Positions 47,487 to 56,094 of a stretch of 64,000 nt of DNA are shown one piece after another; position 1 is the first letter of the stretch, and each line of letters begins with the position of its first letter. The notes under the pieces are model-generated. The model was not told the DNA's origin. It saw nothing but the letters and a program-made list of their open reading frames with translations, and did not search any database. Made by a program: the position numbers and the translations under genes. Origin of the DNA: Paludibacteraceae bacterium (GTDB lineage Bacteria; Bacteroidota; Bacteroidia; Bacteroidales; Paludibacteraceae); the NCBI GenBank assembly GCA_017391525.1, contig JAFOYE010000012.1, positions 1-64,000 on the forward strand, given 5' to 3'.

Positions 47487-50141
47487 ATGAAACGCATTTT
47501 ACTAGCAATATGTGCTTTGGGTATGATCTTCACTGCCCAAGCGCAACGTGTATATATCAACCCTGGTCACGGCGACTGGGGATCAGAGAGCCGCAATATG
47601 GCTACTGTTACCCATGCCGTAGGCGACACCACTGGTTTCTGGGAGTCAAATACCAACCTCTGGAAAGCCTTCGCCCTCAACGAGAAACTACAAGCAGCTG
47701 GATTACAAACACTCATGTCTCGTACTGAGAATGGTCCTTACCCTTATGTGTGGGGCGATGAGTCTATTGACAAACCATTGCTTGATCTTGGCGAGGAAGC
47801 TGAGTGGTGGGGTGCAACGCACTATATCTCTATTCACTCTAATGCGGGTCCTACTGGCGAGGATGGCAGTTTTGCTAACTATCCACTCTATATCTACAAG
47901 GGTTACGATGGCGAACCATCCAACTGGGCAAGCGAGGATATGGCATATAGCTCCATCATGCGTCTTTACGAGATCTTCGACGACGAGGATGGTCCAGAGC
48001 CAACCACCTACTATTCACCAAGCAATCCTAACTTGCGTGGATCTAGTAGTTTCTATGGTTACACCTTAGGCGCCTTGAACCACAGCGTGCACGGCTACCT
48101 TACCGAAGGTTACTTCCATACTTATAGTCCTGCACGCCACCGTGCTTTGAACCCAGACTGGTGCCGTCAGGAGGGTGTACGCTATTTCCGTGGTATCATG
48201 GATTATTATGGTTATGCGGGTGAATCAGTAGGATACATCCTGGGTTATGTTCGTAGTATGACCGAGATGTTCTCACACGCATACTACATCCCTATGCCAG
48301 GTCGCTACGATGAGTTCAAACCTATCAATGGCGCGAAAGTTGTGTTGACAAATGCACAAGGTCAAGTCATCAAGTGCAACTGCTATCCATACGTGGACCG
48401 CATGCTCAAGAACCAAGACTACTACACTACCGACGGCAATTACAATGGTGTCTTCATGTTTGAGAACCTTAAACCTGGTACCTACACTATCTCTGTATAT
48501 GCTAAGGGCTACCAAAACTACAAAGGCACCGTCACTGTCTATGCTGATAGAACCGTCTATCCTGAGATCTTCCTTACACCTGGTCAAGGTACTGAGCCTC
48601 CTATCGGTGGCGTAGAACCAGATATCAAGTGGGAACTCAATGGCGGTATCGTTCCTGGTGGCTATGTACCTACCAACGAGCAACTCTGGGCAGAATTCAT
48701 GCCTTACTACAATAGCTTCTATGGTCTCAACCGTGCTGAGCAAACGATTGACAAAGTTTCTACTTTTGCTCCTGCTCTCATGCAAAAGATCATGACCGAT
48801 GCTTCATCTACCTACAAGTGGTTAGGCGATTATATCTTGTCTGTAGCTTCATCTCAAGGTGTAGCATTGCCTACCGATATGGCGAATGCCAACGAAGGTG
48901 CTTGGCGTTGGGCAGTACATGCTTTCTTCAATGCGGCGGCGGGTCAACATGGAGCAGCTGGTACCGACTTTACCACTGCGGGTAAGCCAGAAGCATGGGG
49001 ACCTGCTTACCAAATCGCTACCGGCTCTAGCGCAGAGTTGCCAGGTGTAGTAACATCTACCTACACCCTGCCAATACCGGTTAAAGAAGGATACGACTTC
49101 GTAGGATGGTTTGACAATCCTAATGGTACAGGCACAGCTATCACTTCTATTCCTGCTGGATGGAAAGGCACACTTTATGCTATTTGGGTAGAGGCGAATG
49201 CTGATGTTAAATGGGTACTCAATGGCGGTAGCGTGGCAGGTACATTGCCTAAGGAGATCACGGGTGCACCATACACCATCCCAACTCCTACTCGCACAGG
49301 ATATGTCTTCCTTGGATGGTATGATACCAATAACACCAGCGGTAATAAACTAACCACCCTGCCTGTTGGCTACAAGGGTACTGTATATGCTATCTGGCGC
49401 GAAGCCAAAGTAACATGGGTGTTGAACGGCGGTAAGGTGCTGCAAGAGGTAACCATCATTGATGTGCCTACCAACGAAGAACTCTGGGAGGACTTCAAAG
49501 CATACTTCAATGAGTATTATAATGTAGAGCGTTATGATCAACCGATGGAGAATCTCACCTCTTTCTGGCCAACCGATTTCGATCCTGAGGTGAAAATCTT
49601 GCTCGATCAAGAATCAGAGTTTGCATGGCTAGGTCACTACATCTATGCTGTAGTCATCGGACAAGGCAAGGAGATGGGTACCGAGGCATTGTGGCGCTGG
49701 AATTTGTGGGCATTCTTCAATTGCAAGCAACACACCGAATACCCAGTTTCTGCCGACTTTACCGAGGCAGGAAAACCAGAGAAATGGGGACCTAAGTACC
49801 AAGAGGTACATGGTGGCAGTTCAAGTACGGAGACCCAAGAAATTCAATTACCAAGCAAGATCGAGGGTGCACCTTATACTATCCCAACTCCTGTGAAAGA
49901 TGGTGATACATTTGTTGGTTGGTATAACAATAATAAAGGCACTGGTGAGAAATTGACTGTATTACCTATAGGTTATGATGGTACTGTATATGCTATCTGG
50001 AAATCCATGAGCACCTCTATAGACGAGGTAGTTCTACCTGTATTGAATATTAACGAGCCAATGTATGATCTCTTGGGTCGTCAAGTAGATAAAACCTATC
50101 GTGGTATTATTATTCAAAACGGTAATAAATTTGTGAGATAA
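47487..50141 (+). CDS. T9SS cargo protein, paralog of the gene at 42169-46476 (amidase_3-like N-terminus, CarboxypepD_reg-like domain, several Flg_new repeats, T9SS sorting domain)
   Basis: The N-terminus QRVYINPGHGDWGSESRNMATV...YISIHSNA is co-linear with the first paralog. The C-terminus is PMYDLLGRQVDKTYRGIIIQNGNKFVR. The track's GTG start at 47460 is also possible. Confidence 0.7.
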   Translation: MKRILLAICALGMIFTAQAQRVYINPGHGDWGSESRNMATVTHAVGDTTGFWESNTNLWKAFALNEKLQAAGLQTLMSRTENGPYPYVWGDESIDKPLLDLGEEAEWWGATHYISIHSNAGPTGEDGSFANYPLYIYKGYDGEPSNWASEDMAYSSIMRLYEIFDDEDGPEPTTYYSPSNPNLRGSSSFYGYTLGALNHSVHGYLTEGYFHTYSPARHRALNPDWCRQEGVRYFRGIMDYYGYAGESVGYILGYVRSMTEMFSHAYYIPMPGRYDEFKPINGAKVVLTNAQGQVIKCNCYPYVDRMLKNQDYYTTDGNYNGVFMFENLKPGTYTISVYAKGYQNYKGTVTVYADRTVYPEIFLTPGQGTEPPIGGVEPDIKWELNGGIVPGGYVPTNEQLWAEFMPYYNSFYGLNRAEQTIDKVSTFAPALMQKIMTDASSTYKWLGDYILSVASSQGVALPTDMANANEGAWRWAVHAFFNAAAGQHGAAGTDFTTAGKPEAWGPAYQIATGSSAELPGVVTSTYTLPIPVKEGYDFVGWFDNPNGTGTAITSIPAGWKGTLYAIWVEANADVKWVLNGGSVAGTLPKEITGAPYTIPTPTRTGYVFLGWYDTNNTSGNKLTTLPVGYKGTVYAIWREAKVTWVLNGGKVLQEVTIIDVPTNEELWEDFKAYFNEYYNVERYDQPMENLTSFWPTDFDPEVKILLDQESEFAWLGHYIYAVVIGQGKEMGTEALWRWNLWAFFNCKQHTEYPVSADFTEAGKPEKWGPKYQEVHGGSSSTETQEIQLPSKIEGAPYTIPTPVKDGDTFVGWYNNNKGTGEKLTVLPIGYDGTVYAIWKSMSTSIDEVVLPVLNINEPMYDLLGRQVDKTYRGIIIQNGNKFVR

Positions 50142-50142
50142 T

Positions 50143-50205
50143 ATCGCTGACCACTTCTTGAACGTGGCTAAATCCATCCGCCAACTCCATGTAGGCGAGG
50201 ATTGA
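50143..50205 (+). pseudogene. orphan diverged copy of the last 20 codons plus stop of the Na/Pi-cotransporter gene
   Basis: atcgctgaccacttcttgaacgtggctaaatccatccgccaactccatgtaggcgaggattga translates to IADHFLNVAKSIRQLHVGED*, identical at the amino-acid level to 41719-41781. There are ~10 synonymous nucleotide differences and a different stop codon. Confidence 0.75.
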
Positions 50206-50508
50206 TAATATTGAAAAACTCTATACGAAAGGTGATAAATTTTAGGATTTGTCACCTTTCTTTTGTTCACTCGTAGTTCATACTCTGTTTTTCCATTAGC
50301 ACTCCGAAAGGATACCGAATGGATAAGCATAGGATAGGGATACGTATTGCAAGGGTATTGCAAGGGTATGGGATGATGAGAGCCGATGATGTGCCGACGA
50401 TGTCCCATGGATGTCTTATAGTGGTCGCGAAAAAGACTAAGTACAAACCATGGAAATCTTAAAATAGAAAAATTTTGTTATTTTCTTGCCAATATCAGCA
50501 AAAATAAG

Positions 50509-50516
50509 TACTTTTG
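50509..50516 (+). promoter_or_regulatory. -7 box TACTTTTG upstream of the helicase gene
   Basis: TAnnTTTG motif ~70 nt before the ATG at 50585. Confidence 0.35.
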
Positions 50517-50584
50517 TAACCAATTTGACAAGAACATGCTGATAGTACACATGTCTATTACACTATCGGGAGAGAAGTACATTT

Positions 50585-52585
50585 ATGACCTCACAAGAAC
50601 TAGCATATCACTACGTACAGCATACCAATCGTTGTATCTTTCTGACGGGTAAAGCAGGTACCGGCAAAACAACCTTTCTGCGACGTCTAAAAGAAGAGTG
50701 CCCCAAGCAAATGGCTGTGGTGGCACCTACTGGCGTGGCTGCTATCAATGCCGAAGGAGTGACCATTCATTCGCTCTTTCAACTGCCACCGCAGTTATTC
50801 CTACCAACCGAGGAAGCACGACGACAACTCTTTGCCGAGATGCAGATGCGTGCCAACAAACAGCGGGTGCTACGCAACCTCGAACTGCTAGTCATAGATG
50901 AGGTCAGTATGGTGCGAGCCGACCTATTGGACACGATCGATGCGGTCTTGCGGCACTTTAAGCATCGTCCTACTATCCCCTTCGGTGGCGTGCAACTGCT
51001 GGTTATCGGCGACCTGTTTCAACTCTCACCCGTTGTGCGCGAAGAGGAATGGCGACTGCTACAGCCCTTCTACGACGGACCATACTTCTTCCAAGCACGC
51101 GTATTCCGTGAACTCAGACCTGTCTATATAGAGTTCGAGCATGTCTATCGACAAACGAATCAAGACTTTGTCACAATCCTCAATCAGGTGCGCAATAATG
51201 AGCTTACGTCAGAGTCGTTGCAAGTGCTGAATAGTAGGGTTCAGGAGTTTAGGGGGGCAAAAGAGGCGATAACGCTCTCTACTCACAATAGCAAAGTGGA
51301 TGCTATCAATCAGCGAGAGATGGATGCGTTGACAGGAAAAGAACATACCTACAAGGCGACCATCACCGATACTTTCCCCGAATCGATGTATCCCATTGAT
51401 GAACAATTGACACTCAAAGTGGGTGCACGGGTGATGTTTATCAAGAACGATTCTTCGACCGATAAACTCTACTACAACGGCAAGCTAGGCGTGGTCACAT
51501 CGCTCTCTAAGCAGGCGATCAATGTGCTATGCGATGACGGTACAGAGGTCAATGTGCATAATGAGGTGTGGGAGAACATACGCTACAATGCCGACTCGGG
51601 CAGCGACCAAGTACAGACCGAGATTATAGGCACGTTTAGTCATTACCCCTTGCGTCTAGCATGGGCTATCACTATTCACAAAGCACAAGGATTGACCTTC
51701 GACCAACTGGTCATTGATGCCGAAGATGCTTTTGCCGCAGGACAAGTGTATGTGGCTCTCTCTCGTTGTCGTAGTCTAGAGGGATTGACGCTGCTCACTC
51801 CTATACCCACACGAGCACTGAGTAATGCACGAGAGGTGTTGCTGTTTACCGATCAGCAGGACTCAATACAAACGATAGAAGAGAACCTTCAACCGGCGCA
51901 AAAAGAGTATTTGACCATGTTGCTCTGTGCGTTGTTTGACTTCCGTGAGCACACCGAGCAGCTCTATGCCTTGCAACGCATGGCCAACAATATGACCTCG
52001 TTGCAGATACCTCCAAATGAATATTTCTCCGACTTAATAACGCCTTTGCTGGATTGGCATGGAGTAGGGGAACGCTTTCAACAACAGATACGCCAACTGA
52101 TGTATAACGACCAGTTGGATAAACTTCAAGAACGCTTGCTGGCAGCTAGTCAGTACTATGCGCCTAAGATATATGAGTTGCTGAAGGCTATGACGGATTG
52201 TCCATTGCGTAGCAACAACCAGTCGGACGCTGCACAACTTAAACAAAACCTTTTGGATATCTATGCTGCGCTCTCGCGCAAAGCCTACTTGCAAGCGCAG
52301 ATGGCACAGCAGGTCAGCGTAGAGGCCTACTTTGAGGCACGTAAGACATACAAGTACAAAGAGCCTTCCTTGACTATCTATACCACTCAACGCAAGTCTA
52401 GAGTCAATGCTACAACCTTCCAGACGATGACGTTGCTACACCAAGGCTATCGAATAAAAGACATAGCCAAGCATCGCAAGATGACGCAAAGAACAGTCAT
52501 CAAGCATCTCAAGACGCTGCTAGAAGATGGCGTGTTAGAGCTACATGATTTCCATCCTGCTGATCGCCCTTGGATAAAGGGATGA
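50585..52585 (+). CDS. PIF1/RecD-like ATP-dependent DNA helicase with a C-terminal helix-turn-helix domain
   Basis: Walker A motif LTGKAGTGKTTFL, Walker B motif LLVIDEVSM, RecD/Pif1 motifs, and a C-terminal QGYRIKDIAKHRKMTQRTVIKHL HTH. Confidence 0.8.
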   Translation: MTSQELAYHYVQHTNRCIFLTGKAGTGKTTFLRRLKEECPKQMAVVAPTGVAAINAEGVTIHSLFQLPPQLFLPTEEARRQLFAEMQMRANKQRVLRNLELLVIDEVSMVRADLLDTIDAVLRHFKHRPTIPFGGVQLLVIGDLFQLSPVVREEEWRLLQPFYDGPYFFQARVFRELRPVYIEFEHVYRQTNQDFVTILNQVRNNELTSESLQVLNSRVQEFRGAKEAITLSTHNSKVDAINQREMDALTGKEHTYKATITDTFPESMYPIDEQLTLKVGARVMFIKNDSSTDKLYYNGKLGVVTSLSKQAINVLCDDGTEVNVHNEVWENIRYNADSGSDQVQTEIIGTFSHYPLRLAWAITIHKAQGLTFDQLVIDAEDAFAAGQVYVALSRCRSLEGLTLLTPIPTRALSNAREVLLFTDQQDSIQTIEENLQPAQKEYLTMLLCALFDFREHTEQLYALQRMANNMTSLQIPPNEYFSDLITPLLDWHGVGERFQQQIRQLMYNDQLDKLQERLLAASQYYAPKIYELLKAMTDCPLRSNNQSDAAQLKQNLLDIYAALSRKAYLQAQMAQQVSVEAYFEARKTYKYKEPSLTIYTTQRKSRVNATTFQTMTLLHQGYRIKDIAKHRKMTQRTVIKHLKTLLEDGVLELHDFHPADRPWIKG

Positions 52586-52589
52586 GGCA

Positions 52590-52790
52590 TCGGAGATGCG
52601 GTGAAGGCGGTTTTACCGCGGTGAAGGAGGCTACGCCTCGGTGAAGGCTTCGCGGTTAAGCGGTTAAAGGGTTTAGAGTTTAGTGTAGTAGTTAGTTTAG
52701 AGTTTAGTGTTTAGAGTCCAGAATACTCTCAACTTATAACTTATCGCTGCCCTCAACACTCAACACTCAACTCTCAACTGAATAAGATTT
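52590..52790. repeat. simple-motif intergenic repeats (GGTGAAGG x4, TTTAGAGTTTAGTG x3, CTCAACACTCAAC)
   Basis: Motifs visible directly in the sequence. They belong to the purine-rich / AACTCTCAAC dispersed repeat family. Confidence 0.6.
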
Positions 52791-52929
52791 CTGCGAAGCA
52801 AGGAGCTCAAACTTTCGCTTCATCGTCATTTACCGCCATTAACCGATACCAATGAATCCCTGCAAACGTTAGCATAGATATTATACCAATAAAATCAGAG
52901 TAATGCTTGGTTATTCTAGATATATGTCG

Positions 52930-52937
52930 TACCTTTG
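52930..52937 (+). promoter_or_regulatory. -7 box TACCTTTG upstream of the amylase gene
   Basis: TAnnTTTG motif 30 nt before the ATG at 52967. Confidence 0.4.
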
Positions 52938-52966
52938 TGCTCGATTTGAAAAATAACGCTATAATC

Positions 52967-55921
52967 ATGAAAAAAAATCTATTACTTATTCTTTTGATGA
53001 TTTGTTCGATCGCAGCACAAGCTACGACCTTATTCCCTTCTCGTACTGACTTCCGTGACGAGCAAATCTATTTTGTGATGACCACACGTTTCTACAATGG
53101 TGATCCAAACAACGACACCCAATGCTGGGACGCACAAAACTACAACGTGGGTGATCCTGCGTGGCGTGGTGACTTTAAAGGACTCATTGAGAAACTAGAC
53201 TACATCAAAGCACTTGGTTTTACTGCTATCTGGATAACTCCTGTAGTAGAGAACGCTTCTGGTTATGACTACCACGGCTATCACGCACGTAACTTCTCTA
53301 AAGTAGATCAACGCTATGAGTCAGAAGATGTCAAGTTCCAAGACCTCATTACAGCGGCACACGCTAAAGGCATGAAGATCATCCTTGATATCGTGCTCAA
53401 CCACACCGGTAACTTTGGCGAAGAGAACTTATGCAAACTCTTTACACGCGACTGGTCAGCTGACCAAAGTGATATCAATACCTGCATGGTGCCATATACT
53501 CAGAAGGATGGTGGCAAATTGCCTGATAACTATGCTAATCTACCAGGTGGCGAGCAATACAGCAAGCGTCTTGCGATGATGAAGAACACCGATGGTCAAA
53601 ATCACGATAAGAACAACTATTGGCACCACTATGGTAACTTCAACTGGGACGATGATACCCGTTGGTGGGCACAGATCGCCGGTGACTGCGTGGATCTCAA
53701 CACCGAGAACGCATACGTGGCTAACTACCTTGTGAAATGCTATGGCGAGTTCATTAAGATGGGTGTGGATGGTTTTCGTATCGACACTGGTGGACACATC
53801 TCTCGTTTGAGCTTCAATAAGAATTTTATTCCTCAGTTCCGTGCTCTAGCCGAGCAACACAAAGCTGCACGCAATGGCGGCGACTTCTTTATGTTTGCTG
53901 AAGTCTGCTCACGTGACCGCAATGTGACCTACCGTGGACAAGATCGTCTCAGCCCATACTTCTACACATGGACCGAGAAGAAAAACTACACATGGGACGA
54001 CAGCGAGACATCATGGAACAATGTAGTGGTGATGGAAGGTGCTAAAGGTAGCCATACCAATGTGACTGCTGTAGATCAACACGCCAAAGATTATGTAGGT
54101 CAATACAGCGACGGTCGTACCTCACAAAATGCTTTGCTTTCAGGCAATAACTACCACACTCCTGACTATAGCCAATACTCAGGTTTGAGTGTCATTGACT
54201 TCCCCATGCACTGGAACTTCCGTTCAGCCTCTGAAGCTTGGGGCGTGAAGGGCAACGATAACCGCTACAACGATGCTACATGGAACGTAGTGTATGTAGA
54301 CTCACACGACTATGCGCCAGACGGTGCACCAGAGGGTACACGCTTTGACCAAGACCAATCGACCTGGGCAGAGAACCTCTCGTTGATGTTTACTTTCCGT
54401 GGTATACCTTGTTTGTATTACGGTTCAGAGATCGAGTTCAAGAAAGGTTGTGTGATTGACAAAGGTCCAAACATCGCACTCAAAGAGACCGGTCGCGCGT
54501 ACTTCGGCGGTTATATCAAAGGTGATATCAAGGTAACCGACTTCGGTGAGTACAGCAATGCTACAGGCAATATCGCACAAACATTGAAGCACCCACTTTC
54601 ATTGCATATCCAACGTTTGGCTAAGATCCGTATGGCAGTTCCTGCTTTGCGTAAGGGTCAATATAGCACCTCTGGTTGCAACGGTCAGTTTGCATTCAAA
54701 CGTCGCTACACCGATGCTACTACCGACTCATATGTGCTCGTAACTATCTCTGGCGGTGCTACTTTCTCTAGTATCCCTAATGGTACGTATGTCGATTGTA
54801 TCACTGGCGACACCAAGACAGTGACCAACGGCACATTATCTGTTTCTTGCTCAGGCAAAGGTAATATGCGCGTATATGTATTAAATACCGAACTCACCAA
54901 AGCACCTGGTAAGATTGGTACAGATGGAAAGTATCTCTATCAATCATCTTCTGTGGCAGGTAGCAACCCAAGTTGGGATGGTACCCAAGAGGAACTCGAC
55001 GAGCGTTTTGGTGCAGGTGGCAATGGTGGCAACGGTGGCTCAACCGATTGGGGTGAGGTTGTAGAACCATGTGTAGAGTCTGCTGATGAGCGTGCAGTGT
55101 TCTTCCAAGCTACACAAGACTTCGGTACTTCTGCTGCAGTATATATGTGGATCAAAGGTACTGAAACCAACTTGCTTGGTGCATGGCCAGGACAACGAGC
55201 GACTCACCTTGGTGGTGGTACATTCAAGTTCGTGCTTCCTGATAATGTGACTGGTGACGAGAGCCAATGGATGATCATCTGGAACAACAATAACGGTGGC
55301 AAACAAACAGCAGACTTGAGCTTCACCATGCGTGGATTGTATACAATGAATGGTTATCAAAACAAGGTAACAGCTCTCTGCGAGGGTGGAAGCACAGGTG
55401 AAGATCCTAATCCAAATCCTAACCCAGATCCAGATCCTCAACCTCAAACAGGCACAGCATGCTTGGCTTCTGCTGATGAGCAAGTGGTATTCTTCAAGGC
55501 TCCTAGTGGTTTCGGTACTTCTGCTTCTGTATATATGTGGATCAATGGAACCAATACCCATCTCGTGGGCAGTTGGCCAGGTAGCGCAGCTACTCACTTG
55601 GGTGACGGCGTATTCAAGTTTGAACTTCCTGCTAATATGCAAGGCGATGAGAGCCAATGGATGATCATTTGGAACAATAATGGTCAGGGCTTACAAACAG
55701 CCGACCTCAAGTTCACTATGCGCGGTTTGTACACGACCAATTCTGATATCAAGGGTACCGCATGTACCAGTGTGGTATCTACCTTATGTGATGATATTGC
55801 TAATGATGTAGATCAGATCGTGGTAGATAAATCGACCGCTCGCAAAGTTCTCATCAATGGCGCATTGTATATCGTGCTAGAGGATGGACGTGTGTATGAT
55901 GTTATGGGTGGACGCCGCTAA
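52967..55921 (+). CDS. GH13 alpha-amylase with two tandem C-terminal starch-binding-like modules and a T9SS sorting domain
   Basis: Signal peptide MKKNLLLILLMICSIAAQA. GH13 motifs DIVLNHTG, GFRIDTGGH and FAEV. Two ~95-aa repeats sharing ~70 % identity. The C-terminus is ALYIVLEDGRVYDVMGGRR. Confidence 0.85.
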   Translation: MKKNLLLILLMICSIAAQATTLFPSRTDFRDEQIYFVMTTRFYNGDPNNDTQCWDAQNYNVGDPAWRGDFKGLIEKLDYIKALGFTAIWITPVVENASGYDYHGYHARNFSKVDQRYESEDVKFQDLITAAHAKGMKIILDIVLNHTGNFGEENLCKLFTRDWSADQSDINTCMVPYTQKDGGKLPDNYANLPGGEQYSKRLAMMKNTDGQNHDKNNYWHHYGNFNWDDDTRWWAQIAGDCVDLNTENAYVANYLVKCYGEFIKMGVDGFRIDTGGHISRLSFNKNFIPQFRALAEQHKAARNGGDFFMFAEVCSRDRNVTYRGQDRLSPYFYTWTEKKNYTWDDSETSWNNVVVMEGAKGSHTNVTAVDQHAKDYVGQYSDGRTSQNALLSGNNYHTPDYSQYSGLSVIDFPMHWNFRSASEAWGVKGNDNRYNDATWNVVYVDSHDYAPDGAPEGTRFDQDQSTWAENLSLMFTFRGIPCLYYGSEIEFKKGCVIDKGPNIALKETGRAYFGGYIKGDIKVTDFGEYSNATGNIAQTLKHPLSLHIQRLAKIRMAVPALRKGQYSTSGCNGQFAFKRRYTDATTDSYVLVTISGGATFSSIPNGTYVDCITGDTKTVTNGTLSVSCSGKGNMRVYVLNTELTKAPGKIGTDGKYLYQSSSVAGSNPSWDGTQEELDERFGAGGNGGNGGSTDWGEVVEPCVESADERAVFFQATQDFGTSAAVYMWIKGTETNLLGAWPGQRATHLGGGTFKFVLPDNVTGDESQWMIIWNNNNGGKQTADLSFTMRGLYTMNGYQNKVTALCEGGSTGEDPNPNPNPDPDPQPQTGTACLASADEQVVFFKAPSGFGTSASVYMWINGTNTHLVGSWPGSAATHLGDGVFKFELPANMQGDESQWMIIWNNNGQGLQTADLKFTMRGLYTTNSDIKGTACTSVVSTLCDDIANDVDQIVVDKSTARKVLINGALYIVLEDGRVYDVMGGRR

Positions 55922-55924
55922 TGC

Positions 55925-56012
55925 GGCGCCCTTATAGCCCTATAGGACGCTTTGCTATAGGACGCCGCGATGCGGCTATGGGACGGCAAAAGTGCCTATA
56001 GGTTATAGGTAA
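55925..56012. repeat. CTATAGGACGC-family dispersed repeat, copy 2
   Basis: See 22035-22125. Confidence 0.65.
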
Positions 56013-56060
56013 TATACAAAAAGAGTTGCGAATCATTCGCAACTCTTTTTGTATATTACC
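56008..56060. terminator. bidirectional terminator (extended palindrome)
   Basis: GGTAATATACAAAAAGAGTTGCGAAT-CA-TTCGCAACTCTTTTTGTATATTACC lies between convergent genes. Confidence 0.6.
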
Positions 56061-56094
56061 CATGGCCCATTACCAATCGCCATATTGATATATC

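Noticed and set aside
50034-50408. 124-aa minus-strand ORF
   Set aside because: It overlaps the 3' end of the well-supported gene at 47487-50141 and the orphan transporter fragment. It has no motifs and is a likely artefact.
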